Part shown: positions 41,881 through 54,681 of the stretch, one piece after another | Layout: every line of letters starts with the position of its first letter | Position numbering within the stretch: the first letter of the stretch is position 1 | NCBI GenBank assembly: GCA_951406725.2 | Contig: OX597834.1 | Span: 10,416,001-10,480,000 of the forward strand | Direction of reading: 5' to 3' | Source of the DNA: Octopus vulgaris | Taxonomy: Eukaryota | DNA: 64,000 nucleotides | Program-made: the position numbers and the translations under genes | Notes under the pieces: model-generated | Seen by the model: the letters and a program-made list of their open reading frames with translations, nothing else | Database searches by the model: none | Told to the model about the DNA's origin: nothing

Positions 41881-42083
41881 AATATGAGTTCCATTACTGC
41901 CGCGATCAGATATGGTTTTCAATATTTTAACGCTGATAATGAATGTTCAGCTCAAGTACCATCGGGGTAGAATTTTGTGTTGCGGATTCAGTAATGCGAC
42001 ACTAAAAAAGCGAGATGTCTGGCCGTTTATTGAGTACTGTTCTCAAAAAAATGATTTAGTGAGAACAGAGTAACCTCTTCTTA

Positions 42084-42479
42084 TCCTTATATATAAAAGA
42101 GAGGTTGTGTGCTGTCTGTCTCCTACGATTTAGATTCATAACTACTCCTACATTTTGCGGTGCAGTCTAAGCAAAACCGGATATCTTATAGTCGGGATTC
42201 ATATCGAGCCCTTCTGGGTATTAGCGCGCGCCTACGACGAGTCTACGATTTTAAAAATAATTTACCATCAATTTTTCCCATTTTTAATGCATTTTTGGCA
42301 TATATAAGGGAAGTAACTCTCTAAAAATTCATTATTAAATCTCAGAACGTAAAAAGCTACAGCAACCCCCCCACTTTGTGGTTAGCCATATTGAGATGGC
42401 TATTATACTTTACATCTCTAAAAATGCTTATATAGTTATTTCCCTTACAAACCCGAGCAACGCCGGGCGATACTGCTAG
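42084..42479 (+). mobile_element. Non-autonomous Helitron
   Basis: a|TC start, subterminal hairpin CCCGAGCAACGCCGGG, CTAG|t end, no TSD. Homologous to 59874-60250. Confidence 0.85.
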
Positions 42480-43306
42480 TACACACTGAAAATCCATTTA
42501 TGCTACTGGAGGTGTCTAAGAAAGAATTTAGGTATTGCACTATACAGTATAGAGCAGATATGAAAAAGTAACACAGTAGCCCAATGGCAGCACATCAGAC
42601 ACACACATCCTATCAGTCGCTTGTATATATAATTTGTACTTTCTTGCTAAAAATCACGATCCATTGAAAGAGAAATTGCGTGAGAAAAAAACTACGTTAT
42701 CGATCTTTACTTGATTCGTGTTTACTCTGGAGATTTTTTTTTTGTGTGTAAAGGAATGTTACGTATATTTGAAAAAATAATACCAGTATTGCTACGTAAA
42801 ATATATGTCAAATTACTTACCATTCAAATGTGTTGAAGCAGAAACAAGAAATTGCGTCAGAACCAATTGAAGTTTGTCTTACATTCACTTTGAAATATTT
42901 CAGAGATCACAGAACAACAAAAAAAAAAAAGAAAAAGGTATGACATAAGTTTTCATTGTTCTCATTTGATTTTCTCTTTTCGTTTACGTTGCTGTAGATC
43001 ACGTGAGAGTTTATTGGCAAACCAGAGTTTGTACTACACTTTCAAATTTAAAATAAATGTAATTCCGTTATATGTGTATATAATTCATGTACTTATTGTT
43101 GTATAAGAAAGTCTATAAAGGTATGCTTATATTCAGGCGTGGGTGCAGATGTAGCAAATGAGGACTGCGAGATCATGTATCTTAAAAGAATGTTGAATCT
43201 AAGCAAGGAAAGCACAAAATATAAAGAAGTGTGAGAGGAACTCGTCCTGAGTGACTCAGTCCACTACACTTAGATTTGTGGTATGAATAAAATTACATAG
43301 AATTAA

Positions 43307-43403
43307 GTGGCACCTTGGGCAAGTGTCTTCTACTATAGCCTCGGGCCGACCAAAGCCTTGTGAGTGGATTTGGTAGAAGGAAACTGAAAAGAAGCCCGTC
43401 GTA

Positions 43404-43453
<50 letters not shown>

Positions 43454-43610
43454 TGTGTGTGTTTGTGTGTCTGTGTTTGTCCCCCTAGCATTGCTTGACA
43501 ACCGATGCTAGTGTGTTTATGTCCCCGTAACTTAGCGGGGACATAAAGGCGGTGCTCCAGCGTGGCCGAAGTCAAATTACTGAAACAAGTAAAAGAAAGA
43601 GAAAAGAAAA
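43307..43610 (+). mobile_element. SINE family A, truncated with internal deletion
   Basis: Homology to other copies. Further partial or old copies at ~5570-5937, 7742-7940, 44351-44504, 56690-57025, 58527-58680, 63860-63950. Confidence 0.8.
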
Positions 43611-43769
43611 AAGTCCATTGAAGTACGAAGTGGATTCAATTTATGTTAGAGTAGAATTTTTAAGGAATCAAAACCTTTAGATTTTTTGATAAAATCGGAA
43701 TGTTTTGAACAATCTATGGTAACATGTACTAAGTGCTTCATATTGTTTATTTGATGACAGTAGTTTATT

Positions 43770-46700
43770 ATGTAATGAAATGTGTTTACGTTCTTAAGGC
43801 TTAACCTCCATGGGTTAGTTTCTCCCTAGTATGGAACACGAGTATCTAGAACCTGGTATTTCTCAAACCTTTTTCTGTGTCTTTCGTATCGACTCTGCTT
43901 TTATAGAGAATTGCAAAATCTACGATCTCACATGTTTGTTCTGTTCTCAATAATCATATCTTTCTCGTAAGCCTGAGTGATACGCACCGGACCGCGGTTT
44001 CGTGATTATTGTCTCTTATCAATGGGTGGTAATCACCAGATCACGATGAAAGACAAGGCCTGTTTGCAAGTATATAAGAGTTTTTCTAGTCTGCCACTGA
44101 TTTCGAAAAACTGACCGCAAGCATTATTAAATTTTAGAACGAGATGTAAACAGTAATCGCTCGACAATGTAAAGTATAAAAGCCATCTCAATATGGCTAA
44201 CCACAAAGGGGGGTGTTACTGTAGCTTTTTAGCCCCAGGAGATCATCGTCTCCAGCTGGCTTTAGACACACTTTCTGTGCTCTTAAGGTATTTGCAAAAG
44301 GAGGCCATCCCTTTCTCGTAAGCCTCATATCTTGTTTTCTTGGTACACTCTTTACCCTTTTACTGCTTTACTGGTTGCAGTCATTTGACTGTGGCCATGC
44401 TGGAGCACCGCATTTACTCGAGCAAATCGACCCTAGGACTTATTCTTTGTAAGCCTAGTACTTATTCTGTCGGTCTCTTTTGCCGAACCTCTAAGTTACG
44501 GGGGTCGGTTCAGTCTTTCTGACGAAGTCCCACATGCTCTGGTAATTCTCATTTGCTATCACAGTCCCTTGTTCGTATTCACACCAATGTTCTGTTATTT
44601 TGAAGCCACACACGTGGCTCACTTGCCAATGAATTCTTTTGCCTACTCCGTCATGCCTGTGCTTGTGGAGGCGTAATGGCCCAGTGGTTAGGGCAGCGGA
44701 CTCGCGGTCATAGGATCGCGGTTTCGATTCCCAGACCGGGCGTTGTTAGTGTTTATTGAGCGAAAACACCTAAAAGCTCCACCTGGCTCCGGCAGGGGAT
44801 GGTGGTGATCCCTGCTGTACTCTTTCACCACGACTTTCTCTCACTCTTACTTCCTGTTTCTGTTGTACCTGTATTTCAAGGGGCCGGCCTTGTCACTCTC
44901 TGTGTCACGCTGAATATCCCCGAGAACTACGTTAAAGGTGCATGTGTCTGTGGAGTGCTCAGCCACTTACATGTTAATTTCACGAGCAGGCTGTTCCGTT
45001 GATTCGGATCAACCGGAACCCTCATCGTTGTAACCGACGGAGTGCTTCCTCTCATGCCTGTGCTTAAACCCCTTTTGCGCTAATATATTGCAAATGTGAT
45101 TGATGCTCTAGGCTCCTTTCTGCAGTTCCTAGATTTTCTCTCTGACTGAGCTTTTCAGATTTATTTCAAGGGCTTGTTCCTGAGTGGTTATAATTAGTGT
45201 TTCTGTTTATCGTTTCAAGTTCCCATCCATCAACCAAAGCCGATCTTTACTTCCGACATTTTCGGCTTGTTGCATGAACTGGTCATGCAATTCTATTTCT
45301 CTCAATTTGTTTACTCTGTTCTTCCTTTTCTCTTTGAATTCTCCTACTGTTTCAGTCACCTTTTAGATATCCCTGGCTGCAGAAAGTATTCTTTTATCAC
45401 CCTGCACAAAATGATTTCTCATACCCAGTAACGCAGTACCAAAAGTGTCTTTTGTTTGTCGGTATTGCCTTCAAAATGGAGTCCATGATGCATCGTGAGC
45501 GGCTTTCAAGTTCTATCCAAGTTCTCCAGCTTGATCTTTGTTCCTTTCACAAAGGGAGCAGCATATAAGAATACTGGCATAGCTCATGAATTTTATGGCT
45601 TTAAAAATGTTCCAACTATTTAATTTTGATTCGAGCACCATCCCAATTCTCCTCTTGTACTCCTTAGAGACTTTCTCTCTCATTTCTCCTTCCTTCATCT
45701 TGTAGCACACCGAGGTATTCCTATCCATCATTACTACTCCACAGTGATCTAATTATGTTACCTAGTGTTAATTTTATGCCATCAAAATTTATCTTCCGGC
45801 CTCTCTTCATAATCAGTACTTTGTCCTTATCTACCCCAGACTGTATTCCAGAATCTTTACTGAATACTCTCACTGCTTCGATCTGAGAATCCAGTTCTGT
45901 CTCATTCTTATGTATATAACTTCAGATCTGCTGTATAAAGTAATTGATTTATTCTCATGTTAGTTTTGGTAGACTTATAGGCAGGCCTCAATTTTCTCAT
46001 TATAGTAACGAATAAAGCAATTTCCCAGGAATCTGCCTCCTCCTTATGGGCCACGTAGACTTGAAATCCTTTTCTATCTTATGCTGCACTTCCATTACAA
46101 TTCATTCGTGTGTCGTTCCTCAGCCTCCTCTTTTCTGTGATTTCATATATCCATCTTAAATCTATCTTGAACAGTTCAATTTGGTTCTCAGACCTTTGGT
46201 TTATCTTTGGCTTTTAACCCAAAGTGTTTGCACAGAGATAGAGGCTGCACAATATATACGATCATTTAGATCTGTTATGTTTTCGATGTATATCTTTGTT
46301 AACACTTCGGCCATCTTTTTCACTAATTTATATTTTCCTCACTCGATTCCTCTCAGAGCTGGTAGTCTCTTTATTTCGCCAATCCCTGCCCCATTCAGGT
46401 GTCCTTTTAATATATTTCGTACTCTGTAACGGTCCTTACCTCTATAAAGTAAAATCTACCTTCATCCGAGAAGTTGTTCCTTTCGTGAGAATATATTTGT
46501 CCCTCTACTAATCCCTATCTTTGTTTCGCATTTTGTTTGTATTGGGCGTAGTTGCGTTCACATTTTTTCACTAGTTCCAGCTCGGATAAACATTGCCTTC
46601 CTACGATTAGATTTTTCTGATCTAAAAGTATTTGCTTCTTGTTAGTGAGCGTGTCTTTATCTGTCCAAATTTTATCCATTCTTTACCCGTATCAAATCTA

Positions 46701-46870
46701 GGTAGGCTCGGTCCCGTAATAGCTTTCCATTGCAATCCTATTGTCGCTGTGAGTCTATTTTCTCCTAATCTTTGACGACTATGTACATTCTGCTATGTAG
46801 AGGAACATTTATAGTCTGAGAAACTTTCATTCGGGGTTCGGGTCTCATGCTCGCATTTGTGATGAATTCT
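43770..46870 (-). mobile_element. Degenerate, internally deleted R4/Dong-like LINE with nested insertions
   Basis: Collinear motifs on the minus strand: N-terminal LDQKNLI..LSELEL (~46600), RT C-terminal EMREKVSKEYKRRIGMVLESKLNSWNIFKAI (~45650), KHRHDGVGKRIHWQV (~44640), RLE IVDFAI..RVDTKDTEK (~43900). Confidence 0.75.
44665..45051 (+). mobile_element. SINE family B inserted in an RLE LINE
   Basis: TSD tcatgcctgtgctt at 44651-44664 and 45052-45065. Confidence 0.9.
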
Positions 46871-47375
46871 ATTTGACGGTTCGATTTCATAATTTACAAT
46901 TATTATCGTTAAAATTATTATTTGAGGAAAACTCTCAGCATCTTTTGCTGGGTATGATGGAAAGTGTCAGCTGTCCACAGCCAGTAGACTAAGGTGACAC
47001 TTGTATACTCAGAATGAGGAATGGATGACATGTCACAATCACCTGGGGTTTTATCGAGACATCATCTCTAAAGGGTTTCTGGTCAAGGTTAATGAGACAC
47101 TCTCCCTCTGTGGTAGATTTGACCCTATGAAGACTGTTTTGTTCACAAGATATTCATTATTATTATTTCTGCTGTTGAAGATAATGGCTTCATCTGATGT
47201 ACTAATAGAGAAATGCTATTTGGACGGCTGTTGACTCCTCAGAGTTCATCCACCTTGAGATAGGTCTTGTTTTTCCCCACCCCCGCAGAGTGTCTTAAAT
47301 AGCAAAGGAAATCACCCTCCTCTTAGAGCAAACGGTGTGGCGGTGCCGAGGAATATGCCAAGGCTCCGGCATTAA

Positions 47376-48115
47376 TGGTTCGATTTCATGATATATTATT
47401 ATCATTATTATTATTATTTGATAAGAACTCTCAGCGTTCTTTTGTTGGTTATGATGGAAAGTGTCAACTCTCCACAGCCAGCAGATTAAAGTGATACTCG
47501 TTTACTTGTCATATTTCAAGAACCCTGCGAATAAATCTTGCAGTTCCAAGCAATGCTGATTCTTGTCGATGTTCTTTCTTTATATTTGTACCAATCTTTT
47601 TAATCCAAGTTGGTAGTTGAGTCCTGATACCTCCAAGTACACCTGTTACTATTGATACCCCATCAACTTTCTTCATTGACCACATACTTCGTATATCACA
47701 ATTTAAATCGTCTGTCGTTGTTGTTCACTTTTTCTCCTTTTTTCTCTTTAATCCTCTTGTCACAAGGACAGGCTATGTCGATTATCATGCAAGTTCTTTT
47801 TCATTCACTATAACAAAGTTCGGTTTTGTATACCTGGCCAAGTGATCGCACTGAATCATTACATCTCACAAGAATCTTCATTCTCAGTGGCCCCCTTCCG
47901 GGATTTGCTTATACCACATCTTTTCCTCTGTGTAGGACGTGATTTCCACAGAGCTCCCAACGGATCGTTCTTGCCGCATTTTCATGTCGTCTTTTGTATT
48001 CGCGTCGTGCGAAATTAGCGAATTTCGAGCATTCGCTAACGATGTGCCATACCGCGTCACCCCTCTCGCCACACATTCTGCATTTGTCGCTGTCGGTAAT
48101 GTTGCCGATAACTTG
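47376..48115 (-). mobile_element. R4/Dong-like LINE 3' portion (CCHC + RLE + 3' UTR + (TAA)n tail)
   Basis: DKCRMCGERGDAVWHIVSECSK..EYKRRHENAARTIRWELC and QESALLGTARFIRRVLE; TTA repeats at ~47395-47419. Confidence 0.85.
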
Positions 48116-48265
48116 TCAAATAATCGACAAACAAATCTGTGGTATTGAGCAGAATATTTGCTATATCCGATCATTTATACCAAGACAACACTTTATACAT
48201 GATAATACTTCCAATCAGGTAAAATGAGAAGCCATGAGAGCCTGATTATTATCATTATTATTAAT

Positions 48266-48296
<31 letters not shown>

Positions 48297-48589
48297 AATG
48301 TTTTGTAACTTTTACTTTGTATTTGTACACGTTGTCTCTCGAGAGACAAATGAGAAGTTTAAGTCAGTGTAATGACTATGGTGCCATATTTTTGGTTTTT
48401 CACATGAAAATGTCTGTCAAAACATAAGAATATTAGATGATTTAAAGGTAATTGAATTATACGATGATAGTCTGATGTTAAGATAACAGTAAAATGTGTT
48501 TACTGTTATGTACATTTAAAAGTATTGTTATACTGTTTACATATTAAAATTTTTGGTGACTACTTTATATCTTATATATGATATGGGCA

Positions 48590-48912
48590 CTTCCCATGAG
48601 CATTATCTTTCGAATTTCTTTCATTTCTGTATTTTCTGGTATCTGAGCAAGGTAGAATCAGCCCCTTTTCTTATCATTCCTAAGGCAATTATGACAACAA
48701 ATACTGTTTCAGTCTTGAGGTCCCATATTTTGCCAATTTCTATTTCAAGGTATTTCTATTTGCTCTGTCTTTGATAGGTCTTGGCAGATTTATTTGTATC
48801 GATTAGGACAGTTATATCGATCAGGCGGTATGATCTTTGTCTGCAATCCTTCAATATAAAGTCTGGCCTATTTGCATCTATTTTTCTGTCAAGTTGAACT
48901 GTGAAGTTCTAA
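48590..48912 (-). mobile_element. R4/Dong-like RLE fragment
   Basis: LDRKIDANRPDFILKD..RLIDITV..KYLEIEIGKIWDLKTET..IALGMIRKG. Confidence 0.8.
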
Positions 48913-49259
48913 AGGACTTATTCTTTGTAAACCTAATACTTATTCTATCGGTCTCTTTTGCCGAACCGCTATGTTACGGGGACATAAACACACAAGCATC
49001 GGTTGTCAAGCGATGTTGGGGGACAAACACCGATACACAACATACACAACACAGCACAAACACACACACACACAAATATATATATATATATACATATATA
49101 CGGCAGGCTTCTTTCAGTTTCCGTCTACCAAATCCACTCGCAAGGCTTTGGTCGGCCCGAAGTTATAGTAGAAGACACTTGCCGAAGATGCCACGCAGTG
49201 GGACTGAACCCGGAACTATGTGGTTGGTAAGCAAGCTATTTACCACACACCCACTCCTG
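48913..49259 (-). mobile_element. SINE family A, 3' truncated
   Basis: Homology to other copies. Confidence 0.85.
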
Positions 49260-49986
49260 AATATAAGTAACAAAAGAAAACAAACTTAAAAACACGCTAA
49301 CACACACAAACATATATGTTGTGTGTGTGTATGTGTGTGTGTATGTGTGTATGTGTGTGTGTGTGTGTATGTGTGTGTGTGTGTGCGATAATAAGTGTTG
49401 CTTGGTGGAAATAAACGCAACTTTCTCTTTCTCTATTTTTTGTTAAGTTACAATTTCTCTGTTTTGGTCAGAATTTTTCCAATTTCTTTTTTCTTGTATC
49501 AAGCTCTTGACGAAAGCATTTAATAAATATTAAATTCGTAGATCCGAACAAAACCAAAACTATCAGTTCTACATTTTCCCTTTACCTTTTTCTTTCCTAC
49601 GATATAATTAATTACCGTATCCTATATACTGTGTCCTTGCATATTAAGTGAGTTTTCAGAAATATTTTTACCTTTTAAACAAACACTGTCTAATACATTC
49701 GTATATGATTTTTTTTTTTATTGAAACACTCAGAATCATTTTCGAGATTTATTGTTTTGATAACAAGTTTTATAGTATGGGTAATCGCATGAGAGGCGCA
49801 GCACGAGAGCGCCAGCGTAGGAGGAGAACGGTTGTGCGAGGAACAGCGAGAGGGAGGAAATAAGGAATTAAAATCGCGCGAGGATGAGACAGAATAGAAA
49901 CGAAATAAGTTAAGATGTGAGGAAGCGTATCCTATGTCATAGAAGGGAAAGAAATCATCAAAAGATAGAACAAATTGTTGTTGTAG

Positions 49987-50104
49987 TTGTTCAGGTCACT
50001 GCTTGGAATCGAATTCGAAATCTTGGGGTTAGTAGCCCGCTCTCTTAACCACAAGATTCCGAGTTCGATTCCAAGCAGTGACCTGAACAATAATAATAAT
50101 AATG

Positions 50105-50142
<38 letters not shown>

Positions 50143-50482
50143 GATAATAATGATAATGATGATAATAATGATAATGATGATAATAATAATAATAATGATG
50201 ATAATAATAATAATAATGATGATAATAATAATAATGATGATAATAATAATGATGATGATAATAATGATAATAATGATGATAATAATGATGATAATAATAA
50301 TGATAATAATAATAATAATAATAATGATAATAATAACATCGAAAAATAGCTTAGGAATGAGAACCCATTTTCGAAATTTCCCCAAGACACCTGATGAAGG
50401 CTGTGGAGGGTATATCAGCCGAAACGTTGTGTTAACAACAAACAAGTCGAGGACAAATATCCGTCGAATGTAAATAATGTAC
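49987..50482 (+). mobile_element. Short retroelement: tRNA-like head + (TAA/TGA)n + hammerhead tail, with inverted 5' duplication
   Basis: B-box-like GAGTTCGATTCC at ~50061, triplet tract 50089-50337, tail shared with the 54.7 kb copy. 49990-50026 is the reverse complement of 50052-50088. Confidence 0.75.
50386..50433 (+). ncRNA. Minimal type I hammerhead ribozyme (Penelope-type)
   Basis: gacac-CTGATGA-A-ggctg(tggagggtatat)cagcc-GAAA-C-GTT-gtgtt. Stem I gacac/gtgtt, intact CUGAUGA and GAAA boxes, 5-bp stem II, loopless palindromic stem III (AACGTT), GUU cleavage triplet. Confidence 0.8.
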
Positions 50483-50539
50483 GAGTCATTGTGTCTCTGA
50501 CAAAATTACCAGTACTTGGGGAGGGGGGGGTTCGTCTGC

Positions 50540-52590
50540 CTTTAATGAGCGCAGATAACTGGAAAATAACACATATGCCTTCGTTTGCAGAACTGTTTCA
50601 GTGTTCGGCAATGTCTTCATTTCGTTGAGCAATAGTATTGTAGTTTAATCATAAAACGTTCTCTTTGTTTTTATGTTCATGCCACAAGAGTTTTCGAGCT
50701 CTCATAATAAGCCTGGTTTACGTAAACTAAAGGCAGTCCTTCAAGGAATTCGTGAAGGAAACAATGTCTTTCAATTTTAAATGCTTTAATTTGACGATCA
50801 ATTCTGTAATGAAGGTAGAGGTGATTGTTATTGTTTTATGCATTCATTAGATTTTCTCACTTGATAGACTTGATAATGTGCAATAATATGCAAAGTAAAT
50901 GAAAAAAAAAATACTTTTAACAGGGTGCGTTAAATGACAGGAAGGTTAATTTTTAAGATAGGTGGTACACGGCCAAATATAAGTAAATTAAACGAATTCT
51001 GTCCTTGTATATCTTTTGAAGAAATATTAGCGTTATTTAATTCCATATACTTGATTACTACACATTTTAACAATTGTTACAGTTGAACCATTTTAGAATG
51101 GCTTTGTTACTTCTAAAAATATGGGAACCAAACTACCGGAATACACCGATATCCTTGCGTTTCGTTCTATCTAATTAGCAGTTTATTTCCATCATCATTG
51201 ATGGCCTTTCTCTCAATCTTATTTTCATTGCGCAACAGATCTCAAATGATTCTATGACTGTTGTGCATCACATATTTGATGAGCAATAAGAGTAACGGCG
51301 ATACGAGTTCTGTTCACGTTTTGTGTATTTCTAGTTGCTCATGAAGATTTTTCGAAAGGGTGAAAACCATTGCCTAAGAATTTATTCCTTAGCATCCCAA
51401 AGTAGCCAAGATGTATCCAATATTGATTCTTGCTGGTGTCTGAAACTTTTAAATAGTCCATCTGTAATTTGCACATTTTTTTTATTTATTTATTTATGAT
51501 GGTAACAGCTTTGTCATCCGAATACACTAGACGAACAATATATGCAACATGATCTTTGTGTTGACACTATCAAAAGTCTTTGAATAATCCATAAATACAA
51601 GTGATGCTTTTGCTCTCAGAATCTGAGCTCTTCTGTGACAAAGGCAAAGGTATTAAAGGCATACTTCCAAAGGCAAAGGTATTAAGCATTATACGTCTTA
51701 TCAAAGGAAACTATTTTCCTTCCCTTGTATAATGAAATGAATGGGAAAATAAATTGCGTTAAGGAGAATAATAATGTTATTTGAGGCTAGACATGAAATT
51801 GGTCTGTAGAAATTCATATGAAGTTGGTGAAGATCTAGTTTCTTTGTAAACGGAATAACTGAAGTGTTTGAGAAAATAAATGGCAGTTTACTTTATTGAT
51901 ACTGAGTCAGAATTCCAACGCAAGTTTGAGAAAAGCCAAAGGATGAAAGAGTATTATTTGAACCATGTATCTTGTTATTAAGCACCTCAGTCATGTTCTA
52001 ACTTCGTTGTAGGATTAATTGTTACAACTTTAGTTGAATAAGTTTTTCTCTTAGTTGTCCTAGTAAAGTACATTTGTATTCTTTCACGTGTTTCTTCAGA
52101 TCTTTTCTTGTGCTATCTTAATGGGGGTAGTGTCTTCTTCCTCTTTATAATATTTCACACACAGATTTGTGTGTGTGTATGTGTGTATTTCTAGGTGCGT
52201 ATATTTCGATGATGTTTACTGCTGAACGTTGTGCATTTCTGTGAGGAAAGTGAAAAGGGACAAAATGGTGCTCTCATAAAGCGTTTCCAAGCATAATCTT
52301 CTCTCCTGCTTTGCACAGATAAGTTTTCACTCTCTGTTTTGTTAAAAAAACAAGTGAGTGTGTCCACTTAGTACCCCATAACCAAATTGTCACAACAGGC
52401 AATATAATACTTATATATACTTAAATACACAATAGAAATTTTTGTGTATTTCTATTTGCTCATGAAGATTTTTCGAGAGGGTGAAAACCATTGCCTAAGA
52501 ATTTATTCCTTAGCATCCCAAAGTAGCCAAGATGTATCCAATATTGATTCTTGTTGGTGTCTGAAACTTTTAAATAATCCATCTGTAATT
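50540..52590 (-). mobile_element. Probable old Penelope-like remnant with a 150-bp direct repeat
   Basis: Decayed motifs (SDDKA, VRKSNEC, DIVSFTNS, QTKG). 51321-51470 is repeated at 52441-52590. Confidence 0.4.
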
Positions 52591-53459
52591 TCGGGGAGGA
52601 GTAATCTATACCATCAAACCCAGAGCTCAACTGGTACTTATTTTATCAACCCCAAAAGTGATGGAAACCAAAGTCAACCTCAGCAGAATTTTTACTGAGA
52701 ACGTAAAGACGGACGGAATGAGGCTAAGCACTTTGCACGGCGTGATGACAATTCTGTCAGTCCGCCGTCGTGCAACAACCAAAAATAAACATTAGCGTCG
52801 GTTAACCGTCTGTGATGTTTATTATTGACTGATAATGTCCCTATAAAATACACTCATGCCTTTAGTTTTCTGTTACTTAGGTCGACATTGCCATCAGTAA
52901 AGCATGATTAATGGGAGGTTCAAACGGTGTGTAGGATGGTAGTGAATATGAGTGGGGCTGATATTTGTTAGGTCTACCTACGTCTGTCTCAATAACACAA
53001 GCGGTCTTATTCGCTTTTGTAACTATGGTGACCTCTGTAGGAAGGAAACTAATGTTTCGTTAATTTACATGATTTTTTTTTTTTCAATTCTGGAGAGAAT
53101 CTTCTGGTTTATTTAAAGTTTGATTCGCAAAGCGATTAACTTCGATATCATGAAATAAATTTATTTACTTTGTGTTTATTTATATATTCAGACGCACGGA
53201 CAGAAATTTAATAGGTGGGTAACCGTCAATTACACTGGCTGCGGTACTTGACAAGTATTTTATTCTATTAAGAATGGATAGATGAAAGGTAAATTCTACG
53301 ACGGTGCGATTTGAATCCATCAGGTGAAATGCCGTAACTAAATACTACAAGACAATTTCTCTAAACTTCTAACGTTTCAAACAATTTACCGCCTTTAAAT
53401 TTACCTCGTTACGGTTTGACATCTGAATTTGAAACAAAAAAATATAAACCAAAATATAA

Positions 53460-53692
53460 TTTGGAGTAAATATTATTTGCCAATATAACACGACAGTCCT
53501 GGTTTAGGACGAATGTTGCTGTAATTAGGCCTCAGTTGACATCGTCTCCAGCTGGCTATATGACACGATCTGTGTCCTTATATTTTCGAAATAAATTACA
53601 GCAAAGAATTAAATTACTGATTCGCTAATTCAGCAAAGTTCGTCCTAAACCAGGACTGCCATGCTTTGTTGGCAAATAATCTTTTCTCCAAA
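53460..53692. repeat. ~54-bp inverted repeat around a repeat fragment
   Basis: tttggagtaaatattatttgccaa..cagtcctggtttaggacgaa / ttcgtcctaaaccaggactg..ttggcaaataatcttttctccaaa. Confidence 0.8.
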
Positions 53693-54458
53693 GTACTGTT
53701 GCTGAATATCTCTCGTTGTGAGATTTACAAACAGTAATTTTCTAAAATATAATTTGTCCGACGCTTTCAGAATCCATTCATATTTGTTTCTGATTTAATC
53801 TTTGAGGAAAACAAGAGGTTTTGAGTTATATTGAATTTAATGCTAAAATGCGTGTTTCTTTTTATTTTATCAGTCCTGGAAGGAGTAAATGCAAAATTCA
53901 CTACAGTAGGAATTAAAATTGAGAACGTAAATAGGGAGGATTAAAATCAGAACGCTTACCTGTCGGTCTAACTATTTTGCATATCATCCCCAATCAAGTT
54001 TACCTCGTAGAATCAGAATTTACGTTTTGAATTTCAAGGATAGAAAGCCAAAATATATTTTTACCGTCTATAATGGCTATGGTAGTGTAATAACATTGAC
54101 AGGTATCTGTGCAGTACATCTGGTTGGGTTAATTTTCTGGCTCTTGGTAATGTATAGAATAGGAATAACTGTTTACTGAAATTGTGATCTCTTCTCTGTT
54201 TCTTTTGTTCTTTTCCTTGCTATTGTTTTTTTGTTTTTTTCGAATCGGCGTCTATCCCCATTAATCTGTCTGATGGTTTTGTATGATGAAATCGAAATAT
54301 TTCTCAGATTACATTAATTTTCCTTCAATTCTTCGGTTATGCCTTCTAGGTTTTTTGTTTTTTGTTTTTACGCTTACCAGAGCATTTAGACATGCTGGGT
54401 ATGGCACAACTCAACAAGTGAAATGCAGGCAATGTTCTCTTCGCAAGTGGAAGTACCT

Positions 54459-54608
54459 TGATATGTCTTAATATATGTGTTTATATGTGTTAATATGTAT
54501 TGATATCTCTTAATATATGTATTAATATGTATTGATATCTCTTAATATCTGTATTAATATGTATTGGTATCTCTTAATATATGCATTGATATGTATTGAT
54601 ATGTATTC
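54459..54608. repeat. ~32-bp tandem repeat, about 4 copies
   Basis: Unit ttgatatctcttaatatatgtattaatatgta. Confidence 0.85.
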
Positions 54609-54681
54609 AAATCAATAAATAGAATGTAATTAATATTTGTGCTGATTAAGGCGGTGAGCTGGCAGAAATGTTAGCACGCCA

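Noticed and set aside
47194-47225. ctgatgt..gagaaa hammerhead-like motif
   Set aside because: Core mismatch and no convincing stems.
49932-50473. Poly-Asn/Asp, poly-Ile and poly-Leu ORFs
   Set aside because: Translations of the (TAA/TGA)n tract inside a mobile element.
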